From NCBI GenBank assembly GCA_965214605.1, contig OZ243961.1, positions 3,040,001-3,104,000 on the forward strand: a stretch of 64,000 nt of DNA, given 5' to 3'. The first letter of the stretch is position 1. Every line of letters begins with the position of its first letter. Origin of the DNA: an uncultured Candidatus Binatia bacterium. GTDB lineage: Bacteria > Desulfobacterota > Binatia > Bin18. The position numbers and the translations under genes were made by a program. The notes under the pieces are model-generated. The model was given only the letters and a program-made list of their open reading frames with translations. It ran no database searches and was not told where the DNA came from. This document shows, in pieces, positions 1 to 11,053 of this stretch.

Positions 1-515
1 GTCTGAACGTGATTCAGGGTGCGGCCATTGCAGGGGCACGCCAGATCATTGCGGTTGACCTGCTCGACAACAAGCTCGAATTTGCCAAAACCTTTGGCGC
101 CACCCACTGTGTCAACCCGTCTCGGGACGACGCCTTGCCGGCCGTGCTAGAGCTGACCCAGGGGCGCGGGGTGGATTACGGGTTTGAGGTCATCAGCACG
201 CCCAAGACGATTGAGCTGGCCTTTAAGATGACTGCTCGGGGCGGCATCTGCACGATTGTCGGCGTCTCGCCGGACGGCTCTCGCATTTCGCTCAACCCCA
301 ACGTCTTTATGATGATGGAGAAAAAACTCCAGGGCTCATACTACGGCTCAACCCGGCCACGCGTTGACATGCCCCGTCTGATCGACATGTATATGGACGG
401 CCGGCTCAAAATCGATGAGCTCGTCTCAAAGACGCTGCCGCTCGAGCAGGTCAACGACGCCTACGATCTGCTCAAACAGGGCGCGGTGGCGCGGAGCGTG
501 ATTACGTTCTCCTAG
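1..515 (+). CDS. Zn-dependent alcohol dehydrogenase (class III-like MDR), C-terminal part; begins before the window
   Basis: GARQIIAVDLLDNKLEFAKTFGATH, GVDYGFEV and GSYYGS...ARSVITF are typical of the MDR/ADH3 C-terminal half. Confidence 0.85.
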   Translation, partial: LNVIQGAAIAGARQIIAVDLLDNKLEFAKTFGATHCVNPSRDDALPAVLELTQGRGVDYGFEVISTPKTIELAFKMTARGGICTIVGVSPDGSRISLNPNVFMMMEKKLQGSYYGSTRPRVDMPRLIDMYMDGRLKIDELVSKTLPLEQVNDAYDLLKQGAVARSVITFS

Positions 516-530
516 GCCGGGGATGTCTCT

Positions 531-1718
531 TTAATCGGCCACCGCGGGCCGTGTCGCCGGCTGTGGCACGGGCACGCTACTACTGCCCAGGACGCAGCAG
601 ACGCCGATCAGGCCGCCGCCGATCAGGCCGCCGCTCACAAACGCGCTGGCCAAGCCGAAGTGACTGGCCAGCGTGCCAAACAGGGCCGGGCCGACCATCA
701 TGCCGGCTCCGTGAGCCATCATCAGGATACTCATGACCGTTCCCATACCGTAGCGCTGTCCCTGCTCCATGGCCACCGCGGTATGAGACGGAAAGGCCAG
801 CCCGTACATGGCTCCGACCCAGATATTGAGTATCAGCAACTGCCAGAACTCTTGGGCCAGAGGGAAACAGGCCAGGGCTCCGACACTTCCCAGCCCTCCC
901 AGCGCCATGAGGTAGGTTTTGTTGATCCGGTCGGCTAAGCGGCCGCACGGTGTCTGGAGCAAGGTGCTGACAATCACGTTCAAGGAAATCAGAATGCCGA
1001 CCTCGGTCGTGCTGAGCGGCAGCAGACGGGTGGCCAAGAGGGGCAGAAACACCCAGGTCAGGGCGTTGCTCAGGGCGTACGAAAAACGAAAACAGGCCGC
1101 CCCAACAATCGGCCGACAGGTCAACAGGCTGCGCAAGACAGCGTGTGGGCGCGCCTCGGCGCTGTTGCTCTTAACACGCGGCAGGAACAGGCCAAGGGAT
1201 GCCAGGGCGGCCACACTGAGGCCGCCCATAATCAGAAAATTGACCTCCATGCCCCACAGGTCTTTAATGACCCCGCCCAGCAGCGGCCCGGCCGCAATGC
1301 CGCCCAGCATGGCCGTATTGAGCGCGCCGCTATAGCGGCCCTCCTGCCCGGCGGGCGCGAGGTCGCCGACATAGGCCATAGCCACCGGATGCATAATTGC
1401 GGTGGCCGTGCCATGGACGATCATAATCAGGATAAAGCTGACGACCGTGTCGGCCGGCAGATAGGCAAACGAGGTCAGGCTATAAAAGAGCAGGCCGACC
1501 AAAAGGAAGTATTTTCTCTCCCAGCGGTCGGATAAGCGGCCGATGAACGGCAGGATCAGCGTGCGGGTGGCGGCATGAACACTGAACAGCAGGCCCGCCC
1601 CCAACTCGCCAAAACCAAACTGCTGAACGTAGATGGGTAGAAAGGACATGACCAGGCAGTTGCCCAGCATAGTGGCAAAAACGGCCAGCGACAGCGTCAG
1701 GACCGCGGCGTGCAGCAT
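531..1718 (-). CDS. MFS transporter
   Basis: About 12 hydrophobic segments; MFS motif A twice (GRLSDRWERK, GRLADRINK); start position uncertain. Confidence 0.9.
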   Translation of the reverse strand: MLHAAVLTLSLAVFATMLGNCLVMSFLPIYVQQFGFGELGAGLLFSVHAATRTLILPFIGRLSDRWERKYFLLVGLLFYSLTSFAYLPADTVVSFILIMIVHGTATAIMHPVAMAYVGDLAPAGQEGRYSGALNTAMLGGIAAGPLLGGVIKDLWGMEVNFLIMGGLSVAALASLGLFLPRVKSNSAEARPHAVLRSLLTCRPIVGAACFRFSYALSNALTWVFLPLLATRLLPLSTTEVGILISLNVIVSTLLQTPCGRLADRINKTYLMALGGLGSVGALACFPLAQEFWQLLILNIWVGAMYGLAFPSHTAVAMEQGQRYGMGTVMSILMMAHGAGMMVGPALFGTLASHFGLASAFVSGGLIGGGLIGVCCVLGSSSVPVPQPATRPAVAD

Positions 1719-2168
1719 CCCGGTGTGTAATCAGAAATCCTCCGTCTTGTCTGCCCCATCGGTCCGTAGCCGTGCCTGAGGCGAGTCCTATGCCGACCAC
1801 AAGAGATCACCCCATCGGCCCTGGCCCTCGGTGCCTGGCGGGCCCGGTCTGGATATGGGCTGGCGGCCGCAGTCGGTCTAGCGAGCAAATACAGCCGGGC
1901 TCTTTTAGCGCACCGCGGCTGGCCGACGGCCTTGGGAGGGGATGCCTCTCTGGCGGCTTTCAGATGTCCGCTAGCGGGGTGGGCGTTCCTGAAAATTTAC
2001 GCCACAGCCGACCGGTCGTGGCCTGCGGCGGACAATTGTGGGGGGGAGAGGGACCGCCAACGCGCCGCTGTCGGCTCTGGCAGCCCTGTCCGTGCTCACC
2101 CGCCGCTTTCTTTTATTGGCCACGCCGTTGCCCCGATCAGCGCCTGGGGCCGCACGTGAGCCTGGGCG

Positions 2169-3533
2169 CTATTCGGCCTGATAGGCCGCGTGTTGGCGCC
2201 GGCGGCGACTCATGCCTTCCTCGACCGTGCCGGCGGTAATCACTTCATACAGCACGGCCTGTTTGCCCTCCCGTTTACGCAAGACGCGCCCAAGCCGCTG
2301 GACGTGTTCTCGGGTCGAACTCGAACCGGACAGAATCACCGCCACGCTCGCTTCCGGGACATTGACGCCTTCGTTGAGGACTTTTGAGGTCGCCAGCGCC
2401 AGATACTCGCCCCGGTTAAATCCCTCCAGAATGGCTTTGCGTTCTTTGGTCGGGGTCTGATGGGTAATCGCCGGAATCAAAAACGCGGACGAGATCGCGT
2501 AGACCGTATCGTTATCGCTGGTGAAAATGAGCGTCCGCTCCTGCGCGTGCTTTTTGAGCAAAAAGTCCAGTGTACGGAGCTTGGCCGAGGTGCCGAGAGC
2601 TAATTTCTTTGAGCGTTGATGGGCGAGCAGGGCCTGGCGGCCCTGACGGCTGCGGGCGCTCTCCCGGATAAAGCGGTGCCAGCCGGCCAAGCCGTCTAGG
2701 ACAATGCCGTGATCGATAATGAAATTGTAAAAGGTGCCTCTCGCCTGGCGGTACTCGGCCTCCTCCTCGGGAGTGAGATGAACCGTGACCCGCTCGGTCA
2801 CATAATCGGCCAGATAATCTCCGGACAGCTCTTTGATGTCCTTGGCATAGACCTGGGGGCCGATGAGATCGTCGAGCAGCACGTGCCGGCCGTCGGCCCG
2901 CTCTGGGGTTGCCGTCAGCCCCAGCCGATACGGTGCCAAACACATCTGGGCGGCGTGGCTGTACATCTCGCCCGGCAGGTGGTGGCACTCGTCAAAAACA
3001 ACGAGCCCCCAGCGATTGCCGAGCCGGTCCATGTGGCTGTACGCGCTGTCATAGGTGGTGACCGTCAGGGCCTGGAGTTCGTAATAGCCACCGCCGAGCA
3101 GTCCGATCTGTTCGCCAAACGCCGCGCACAGCAGGTCATACCACTGGTTCATGAGGTCAATCGTGGGGGCGACCACGAGTGTCCCGCGTTGCACGCTGGC
3201 AATGGCCATTTGACCGACATAGCTCTTGCCCGCGCCGGTCGGCAGGACAATGACCCCTCGCCGCCCGGCCCGTTGCCAGGCGGCGAGGGCTTCGCTCTGA
3301 AACGGGTGAGGGCGGTGTTCAAGGCGGCTGACAAGCTTAAGCGTCGGATAGGCCGGGGCCACATTCCGACACTCAAGACCGGTCTGTTTGCAGTGTTCGA
3401 GCAGTGGGCGGTAGTAGTGCGCCTGTGCCCGCCAGCGATCGACCCGGCCGTCCCAGTGCAAGAAGGGTGGGGCGTGAAGGTCCTGGGGCGGATCGTCCAC
3501 CACGACAGTGCCGAGATCGAAGCGGAGACGCAT
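2169..3533 (-). CDS. SF2 DEAD/DEAH helicase, XPB/Ssl2-like
   Basis: Walker A LPTGAGKS, DECHH, GLTATPER, LNEGVNVP, QRLGRVLR. Confidence 0.9.
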   Translation of the reverse strand: MRLRFDLGTVVVDDPPQDLHAPPFLHWDGRVDRWRAQAHYYRPLLEHCKQTGLECRNVAPAYPTLKLVSRLEHRPHPFQSEALAAWQRAGRRGVIVLPTGAGKSYVGQMAIASVQRGTLVVAPTIDLMNQWYDLLCAAFGEQIGLLGGGYYELQALTVTTYDSAYSHMDRLGNRWGLVVFDECHHLPGEMYSHAAQMCLAPYRLGLTATPERADGRHVLLDDLIGPQVYAKDIKELSGDYLADYVTERVTVHLTPEEEAEYRQARGTFYNFIIDHGIVLDGLAGWHRFIRESARSRQGRQALLAHQRSKKLALGTSAKLRTLDFLLKKHAQERTLIFTSDNDTVYAISSAFLIPAITHQTPTKERKAILEGFNRGEYLALATSKVLNEGVNVPEASVAVILSGSSSTREHVQRLGRVLRKREGKQAVLYEVITAGTVEEGMSRRRRQHAAYQAE

Positions 3534-3538
3534 CCCTG

Positions 3539-4750
3539 TTAGACCACCCGTTTCTCGCGCAGGGCGGCGATTTGATCCGTGCTGTAGCCGAGGCTGCCCA
3601 AAACTTCTTGGGTGTGCTGGCCGATCGACGGAGCAAAAGAGCGGATAGAGCCCGGCGTATCGGACAGTTTGACCGCCACACCGGCCTGGGTCACCTTGCC
3701 GGCCTGGGGATGGTCGAGTTCGACCGCCATCTGACGGTGGCGGACTTGGGGATCGTCAAAGACCTCCGGAACGTCGTAGACCTTGCCGACACACACATCG
3801 GCCTTGGCCAGGATATCATACCACTCGTCGCGGGTTTTGGTCATGAGCACGGCTTGGAGCTCTTGGCGTACTTGCTGGTGTCGGTCGGTTGTCCTCTGCG
3901 AGAAGTCGCCCGCCTTCATGCCACAGTCTTTCCAGTCCGGGCGGTCCAACGCATCACACAGATTGTTCCACAACCACGGCTCGGTACAGCCAATGCTCAG
4001 CTGCTTGTTATCTTTGGTATTGTACACGCTGTAATAGGCAAACCCTCCGCCAAAAACGCCCTTGCCCCGACCGGGTAGGGTGCCCTCCGCAAAGTAGTCA
4101 CGGACATTGGGCGTGGCCGCTAGCAGGGAGATGGTGGTATCGAGATAGGACACATCGACTAGCTGGCCTTTGCCGGTACGTTCGCGGGCAAACAGGGCAA
4201 ACATAATGCCGGTCACGCCGTGCATTGAGGCTCCGGCGTAGTCGGCAATAATATTTAGTGGAATTGCCGGCGGTCCTTCGGGCTGACCGATCAGGTTGAG
4301 CACGCCGCCAAGAGCGAGATAGTTGAGATCATGGGCCGGATACTCCCGATACGGCCCGTCCTGGCCAAAGCCGCTCAGGGAGCAGTAGATCAGGCGCGGA
4401 TTGAGCTTGCTCAGCGTGTCATAAGCGCCGCCCAAGCGCTCCATTACCCCGGGCCGGAAGCCCTCGACCAAGACGTCGTAGTCTTTGGCCAAATCTTGTA
4501 GAATGGCCTGTCCGGCGGCTTCCTTCAGATTGAGGGTGATGCTTTTTTTGTTCCGATTGGTGAAATTGGTAGCGAGTTTCCTGGCCTGGTCGGGTGTTGG
4601 TGAAGCGCCCGAGCCAGCCAGTTTGCCCGATGGCGGAGCCTCAATCTTGAGCACCTCAGCGCCCATGTCCGCCAGCATCATGGTGCAGAATGCCCCAGGC
4701 CCTACCCGAGTCAGTTCCAGGACTTTAATTCCGTCTAATGCTCCCGCCAT
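3539..4750 (-). CDS. CaiB/BaiF family III CoA-transferase
   Basis: ALDGIKVLELT, LADMGAEVLKIE, NRNKKSITLNLK, VEGFRPGVMERLG, SLSGFGQDGPY; GGAGG RBS before the ATG at 4750. Confidence 0.92.
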   Translation of the reverse strand: MAGALDGIKVLELTRVGPGAFCTMMLADMGAEVLKIEAPPSGKLAGSGASPTPDQARKLATNFTNRNKKSITLNLKEAAGQAILQDLAKDYDVLVEGFRPGVMERLGGAYDTLSKLNPRLIYCSLSGFGQDGPYREYPAHDLNYLALGGVLNLIGQPEGPPAIPLNIIADYAGASMHGVTGIMFALFARERTGKGQLVDVSYLDTTISLLAATPNVRDYFAEGTLPGRGKGVFGGGFAYYSVYNTKDNKQLSIGCTEPWLWNNLCDALDRPDWKDCGMKAGDFSQRTTDRHQQVRQELQAVLMTKTRDEWYDILAKADVCVGKVYDVPEVFDDPQVRHRQMAVELDHPQAGKVTQAGVAVKLSDTPGSIRSFAPSIGQHTQEVLGSLGYSTDQIAALREKRVV

Positions 4751-5916
4751 GCGGTCCTCCTTTTGCCAATGAGTCTGGGATTCGTTATAGCCCATTGGAA
4801 CGGAGAAGAGCTAGGGGTGAGGTACGAACGGGGATTGAGTGGTTTTGGGTGATGCTCAGGCGAGGATACATGGGCGTGGAGGGGTGAGCAGATGGTGAGG
4901 CCCACGCTTGGAATGGTCGAGAGACGGTTATGGTGTCTGGATTTGAGCACAGACTCCTCCTAGGGTATGAGGTGGTCATGCTGCGGGAACAGGTAAGGAG
5001 AAAAACATGCGCTCGGACAATGACCACGACAGGCAAAACGAAGCCTTACTGATGACCTACACGCTTCTCTTCGTCAGACTTGATAACGACCGTTTTTACT
5101 ACTCTGCCTAGTCATACCTGACCGCTCGTTTGCAAAGTGGAACAGTCACACCAAAGCCGAATCCGCTTTTTCCATTCCCATGAAGGCACCCCTACCCCTG
5201 GCTGTTTTACGTCCGCTTTGGGCTTATGATGACTTGTCCAAGTTTCCTGTTCTTTTGCGTCTTGTGTCGCCATGATCGGGGCATCAAGAGCTGTGGCATC
5301 CCTGCCCTCTTGAAGAGAAGATTGTACGGTTCCGAACGTGGGTTGCGCAGTCGCTAGAGGAGAATAGCGATACAGAGGATTCCAACGAGGGGTGGCTTCT
5401 TTCGATGCCCCTAGTTCTAAGGAAGATGCCTTTCTCGAGTTGGGAGAAGAAATCTGGATGGAACTGTGGCTCGCCACCTGTTGAACTCTTCGCATACCGT
5501 CTTGTCGTTATATTGTTGCCGGTATGGGCTCGTACCCTGTCGCCGAACCGCGTCACCGTGAGGTTTGGACCAAAGAAACTGTTTTCATTGTGTGCCACCT
5601 TTGTGTCGCTACATAAAGATGGTCTCGCTATCGTCCACGTCTCGGCTGTGGAATTGCCCAGGATTTTGTCTGTACTGTCGGTGACAGGTTTGTTGTCTTG
5701 CAGGACTTGCACTACCACGGTCGGGATACGCCCGTGGTTAAGACTTTTGTATTCACGAGTTTGGAATTAGGTGAGAGATGGTTTCTTTACTTGTTGCTGC
5801 TGTGCCGTGCTCTGCGTCGAGAGGCCCCTCATGACTCAGAGGTGCGGAAAGTTAGGCCAAGTAAGGAGAGCAATTCGTGTTAGACGCATGCCTCCTTGTT
5901 CGCCTTTAGTGGTCTA

Positions 5917-6664
5917 TCAATCTGACACACGCGGCAGGAGATCCAGACGGACCTGGAATCGGCGCCACACGGCACGGTCAAGCAATTCTGGGTGATTGCT
6001 TGCGGCCACGACGACCACGTAACTCGGAAGCGCGTCGATCTGGAGTAGCAGCGAACTGACGACCCGCTTGATCTCGCCCGTTTCGTGCAGGTCGCCACGT
6101 TCCTTTCCCACGGAGTCGAACTCGTCAAAAAAGGACGCAATAGCGCGATCGGGTGATCTCGAAGACTTGGCTGATCCGCTGTGCGGTCTCGCCCAGGTAG
6201 CTACCAATGACTACCTCGTAGCGGACGACCAGAAACGGCACGTCTAACGCGTCGGCAATTGCCTCCGCCAGACTCGTCTTGCCGTTGCCAGGCGGGCCGG
6301 TGAGCAAGATGCGATTGCGTGGTTCGAGGTTGTACGAGCGCAGTAGGTCGGCGCGATGCTGTTCGGAGACCAACTCGCGGACAATCTCATCGGCGTCGAC
6401 GGACAAAAGTAGGGCGTGCAAGTGGCGTTGCGGAGCCGTCTCCGTCAAGAGCGGACCGACTACTCCTGAGTGAGGTGATAGAAGCGGCGGTTGCAGGTCG
6501 CGTCTGTTTTCTCCCTGCAACTGGGCGAGCAGGCGATCTGCCAGAATGTCGTGATTCTTGGCGCGCTCATCGGCGGCCAAGGCATCGACCGTCTTTCGGA
6601 TCTGCCGTTCGTCGCCTTGTCTGCTCGCTTTCACGAGTTTCAAGATCAGGTCTGCTCGGGCCAT
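5917..6664 (-). pseudogene. AAA+ ATPase, IetA-like (normally partnered with an S8 protease); frameshifted and truncated
   Basis: MARADL start, LTGPPGNGKT; frameshift in a poly-T run near 6130 before FFDEFDS; ASNHPELLDRAVWRRF then truncation. Confidence 0.75.
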
Positions 6665-6924
6665 GGCTGTCCGCCATCTCCTTCAACAGTGTCCGCTGTC
6701 GGGAGGCTTGGTTCTCCGATGATTTGCGAACCCCTCCGTTTCACACTCAAGCGCCAGGGTATCCGCCCGGATCTCATTGAGGCGCGGGCTTTGGCTTGTA
6801 GAAATGGCAGTTGAAGCTGATCTCGTGACTGCTCCTGACCTCGCCCGAGATTATACCAGGCATCGGGCGCGTAGGGCAACACCTTGCGGCGCGGGAAGGC
6901 TTTGAGGCCGCCTCCTTCGAAGAG

Positions 6925-7061
6925 CGGCACTCCCGCCCAGCAGCTCGCCGCGCAGCGTGGCCCTTGTTGGCGTAGGCGATGCTCGCTCGGCCCATCTTGG
7001 TGTAGTCCGTCAGTGTCGGGGTAGCTGGCGTCGGGTCGGGACCAACCGGAAGCGTCCCGGA
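6925..7061. repeat. 137-bp direct repeat, copy 1 (phage baseplate gene remnant)
   Basis: About 13 mismatches versus 10740..10876 by manual alignment. Confidence 0.9.
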
Positions 7062-7081
7062 GCGATATTGATTCCGCCATA

Positions 7082-7438
7082 TTGAGAGGTGCCATGAGAG
7101 CCGCTGAACGCAAGCGTGTTGGCGAGCGTTTGCACTCGGCGCAGGTTGTGGTCGCCACTGGAAAGTATGTAGGCGAGGGTTTTGACCTGCCCAGGCTGGA
7201 TACACTGTTTCTCGCCATGCCCATCGCCTGGAAAGGCTCGCTGGCGCAATATACGGAAGGGATCCATCGGGAATCAGACGGTAAAGTACGTGTGACGGTC
7301 TATGACTACGTTGACTGTGGATTCTCCATGCTCCAGCGCATGTTTAATAAACGCGAGAAAAGCTACAAGACGATGGGCTATACAATCCATTTTGCTGGAG
7401 AATCAGCCGATACGGCAAATCAAATCGACACTGTATAG
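7082..7438 (+). pseudogene. C-terminal fragment of an SF2 helicase
   Basis: VVATGKYVGEGFDLPRLDTLFLAMP and VYDYVD; no N-terminal domain. Confidence 0.75.
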
Positions 7439-7629
7439 GTAAAACGGCCACACAGCGATGACCTCATTGGCTCCACTGGATACCATGATCACATTTAATT
7501 TCTGACATGGTATTTCGAAGCGGTGTCATGAGTTAAGATCCCCCCTATTGGCTAATTGTAAATAAGATTGACAATTAGCTAAAATACGATCATGTTCGCC
7601 GCAAGGTATATTGAGCTGGAGCTTCCCCG

Positions 7630-8808
7630 ATGTATATCTCTCGAGACGCAGAATCCAGAATTCAGCACTTCGCCAGCGACTACCCGGTGGTCGTGCTCAC
7701 CGGGCCGCGTCAGTCGGGAAAATCCACACTGGTGCGACACGCGTTTCCTGAACACCGCTAAGTTTCACTTGAGGATCTTGATCAACGGGATTTCGCTGAA
7801 AGTGATCCCCGCGGTTTTCTGAGCCAGTTTCCCGAGGGTGCCATCTTGGACGAGGCACAACGGTGTCCTGCCCTGTTTTCCTATCTGCAGACACGCGTTG
7901 ATGAATTGATCCGTCCCGGAGAATTCATACTGACTGGCTCTCAACAGTTCGACCTGTTATCGGGCATCACACAGAGCCTCGCGGGCAGGGCCGCATTGCT
8001 TACCCTTCTTCCCATGACGTATGGCGAATTACGGTGCGCAGAAAAAATCGGAGAAAAACTCGACAAGGTACTTTTTGACGGGGCGTTTCCCCCGATTTTT
8101 GACCGCGGACTTGAACCGCATCCTTAGTATGGCAATTATGTACGTACCTACCTGGAACGCGATGTTCGGCATTTAATCAATGTGCAGGATCTGGGCGCAT
8201 TTCAACGCTTCCTGAAATTATGCGCGGGACGTACCGGGCAACTTCTCAATCTTTCCTCGCTGGCCAATGACTGTGGCATTACACACAACACGATCAAAGC
8301 CTGGATCTCCGTGCTGGAAGCTAGTTATATCGTGCATCTGTTGCCGCCCCATCATCAGAATTTCAACAAACGGCTGGTCAAGACACCCAAACTCTATTTT
8401 CTGGATACGGGGCTCGCGACCTGGTTGCTCGGCATTCAGGACATGGATCAACTGGCCACCCATGTTCAGCGTGGCGCATTATTCGAAAGCTGGGTCATCA
8501 GCGAATTGCTCAAGGCCCGTTATAACGCCGGTGAGGCCTCGAACCTGTACTTCTGGCGTGATCGCTCAGGACACGAGGTCGATCTGCTGATTGATCGTGG
8601 AACATGCCGGTCACCACTGGAAATAAAATCCGGCCAGACAATCAACCGGGATTATTTCAAGGGACTGGAATTCTGGCAAAAACTCGCAGGAAAATCCGCC
8701 GGGAAAGCATGGCTTGTATATGGCGGTGACATCCGACAGACCCGTTCCGATGCCACTGTCGTGCCGTGGCATGAAATCAATCCCGAGCAGATTGTAATGT
8801 CCGCCTGA
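7630..8808 (+). pseudogene. AAA_14 + DUF4143 ATP-binding protein with two in-frame stops
   Basis: LTGPRQSGKST, ILDEAQR, LTGSQ, KTPKLYFLDTG, YFWRDRSGHEVDL, EIKSG; TAA at 7759-7761 and TAG at 8125-8127 in one frame. Confidence 0.85.
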
Positions 8809-9188
8809 TCCGGAGGTTCGGGGGGAATATCGTGGTTGTCATGATTGACAATTATTACCTGCCAGTGCCAGCCATTCCTACCCGATGGTAAACGCGCCTT
8901 TTTTGCACTTCAACATCAGTGGCGTACTTGTTGCCGCAGGTGGTAATACCGTGGAAGATATCACGCTCAGAGTTTGTTGCTATTCCCCACTTGTGTGGCT
9001 GCAAGTGCTGCCGCGTTGCTATGTCGTGCGGCACCAACCTGCCGGTGCCATCGTCACCAGCAAGCATTCAATCCCCTCTTGCAGCAGACCCTTCGAAACG
9101 CGGGATGACGTTGGGCACGAGCCTGGTCGGTATCTGTAAAAATCTTTTGTCAAAACCGCCATCACATTCCTTGCTGTTCCCGGTACGC

Positions 9189-9464
9189 CTATACGGCCTT
9201 CATCTTGACGGTTTTTCCAACCCGGGCCGGCATATTGACCAGTCTGTCAATGGTGAACTTGTCGATCCTGCCGCGCATCAGAGCGCTGATTCTCGGCTGG
9301 TAAACACCAAACACCTCTGCAGCTTCTTTCTGACCAAGCCCTGCATCCTGGATATATTGACCCAGTGCAATCATCAATTCTGAACGAATTTTCAGGTTCT
9401 GCGCCATCGCCGGATTATCCTCCAGCGCCTCAAATACAGTGTGGTAACCTTTTGAAATCGTCAT
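9189..9464 (-). CDS. HigA-like XRE HTH antitoxin
   Basis: VFEALED, LGQKEAAEVFGVYQPRISALMRGRIDKFTIDRLV; ATGA overlap with the upstream toxin remnant. Confidence 0.8.
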   Translation of the reverse strand: MTISKGYHTVFEALEDNPAMAQNLKIRSELMIALGQYIQDAGLGQKEAAEVFGVYQPRISALMRGRIDKFTIDRLVNMPARVGKTVKMKAV

Positions 9465-9615
9465 TCCTGTTTCCTCTGTTCTGCCAATGCCTTGTACCTG
9501 GCTTTAGCCAACTCGACATCCGCCCTGCGTGTTTCCCGTGTCTCCTTTTGAAAAGCATGCAACACGCACACGGCCTCTTCGAATCGGGCGACATGGATCA
9601 CCCGATACATAAGCC
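9461..9615 (-). pseudogene. HigB/RelE (Gp49-like) toxin, C-terminal remnant
   Basis: Minus-strand translation YRVIHVARFEEAVCVLHAFQKETRETRRADVELAKARYKAL; N-terminus missing. Confidence 0.75.
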
Positions 9616-9629
9616 GTGATTGCCGCTGA

Positions 9630-10486
9630 TTGCTGGCTGGGAACGGTCTGGCCGCGGTTTATCCCAGACTGTTCCGAACCTATGTCGAGCGGTTCAATTG
9701 GGCGTATCAGGATGGCTATCCGGAACTGCCGTTCATACAGGGCGCCTTCCTGTTCTCACGCTCTATCTGCTCGCGTGCCATGGCGATAGCTGGCGGCCGC
9801 AGGTGTTTTATGAAGATGCTTTTCTGCGCGCCTTCCCGGCGGGTGCTGGATGAAGTGCCACCAAGCCAGCTATTTTTCCCTGAGACGGTACGCCGCTGTT
9901 ACACCTGGCGCACGCTGGTGCATTTCGCAGACTTTCTGGGGTTGGCCACGGTGGAACCTGTCTCCGACGATATACTGTGTCACGATTACCGGGTGAAGGC
10001 TCGCCACTGCTGGGCGAAGCCGTGCGTTTTCAGCTTTCCGAGCAAAGTTTCATGGCGGGACAACGCAAACAGAATGCTCCGCTCGCCGCCTTGCTGGAAA
10101 TCGCATTGAAAGAAAAACTGGTTGATCCGCTCGTCCGCGTGGCAGCCACGCGCCCTGCTGTCCAGCGCGAATGCTTCGATTACCTGAACAACAAGCACTC
10201 TGCCCTGTCACCAGACCGGAAGAAGCAGTCCGAGGGTGGAAAACTGCCGGCGCTGTGGGCCGAACTCGCCCCGGATCCGGACGAACTGGACAAATACGGC
10301 GGCGGCGATTATGACACCAACGCGAATGTGTCAAGCCTGTTACAGGAGATCGAACAGGCGCTTTCCCGGAAAAAGATCGAGGCGAATTACCGCCACGAAC
10401 GTCCTGCCTTACATCGGCGACACTCAGCTGGCCCCTGGAAAGTACGGCCTCACCGACCGTCTCGAACGCTGCTCCGGCCGGGATGA
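9630..10486 (+). pseudogene. Fragments of one or two degraded hypothetical genes
   Basis: Protein-like stretches (VERFNWAYQDGYPELPFIQ; LDKYGGGDYD) broken by frameshifts. Confidence 0.35.
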
Positions 10487-10559
10487 CCAGGTCTGCATTG
10501 AGCGGAGCGTCGAGCGAGAACCGTAGGCTGGTGGTTGCCGCCATTAGGGTGTCAAGCTA

Positions 10560-10876
10560 GCAGCCGCTCAGCCGGCAGAGTTGGATGACGTTCCGGTGCC
10601 GGGACGGTCGGTAAAAAGCCCTCGGCAATACAGGCGTTGAGGTAGTAGGCGAGCATGTCGCCGGCCCCGCAGAATAGCTCCAGCAGTGCGACGCCGAGGT
10701 CGGAGGCGTTGAAGTCCGTCCACGACGGTCGGTGAGCCTCGGCACCCCCGCCAAGCAGCTCGCCGTGCAGCGTGGCCCTTGCTGGCGTAGGTGACGCTCG
10801 CTCGGCCCATCTCGGTGGCGTCCGCCAGTGTCGGAGTAGCCGGTGTCGGGTCGGGACCAACCGGAAGCGTCCCGGA
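10560..10876 (-). pseudogene. Phage contractile-tail baseplate wedge/J-like gene 5' remnant, including copy 2 of the 137-bp repeat
   Basis: MGRASVTYASK...WTDFNASDLGVALLELFCGAGDMLAYYL...EGFLPT...RNVIQLCRLSG across frameshifts. Confidence 0.6.
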
Positions 10877-11053
10877 CCGGACGAGAAACCCGCTTGGCGA
10901 CTTCCCGACGATTTGTCGGGGCACGGCCCCATCGGGCAGCTCGTGAGAGGTGATGCAGGGCAATGCAAACAAGAAACGACCGATACATAATTAGTTTGAC
11001 AAAGAATCGATTGATTCCTTAAAAGATGGATAGGAAAGGAATGTTTCCCAGCC

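Noticed and set aside
602-635. Short tandem repeat GCCGATCAGGCCGCC
   Set aside because: Encodes GGLIGGGLIG inside the MFS gene
4900-5100. att duplicate of the tRNA-Asn 3' end at the left edge of island 1
   Set aside because: CTCCTCCTAGGGTA near 4954 is only a loose match to CTCCTCGGGTAG
5845-5890. Integron attC sites (GTTAGGC, GTTAGAC)
   Set aside because: No complementary RYYYAAC partner or integron integrase visible
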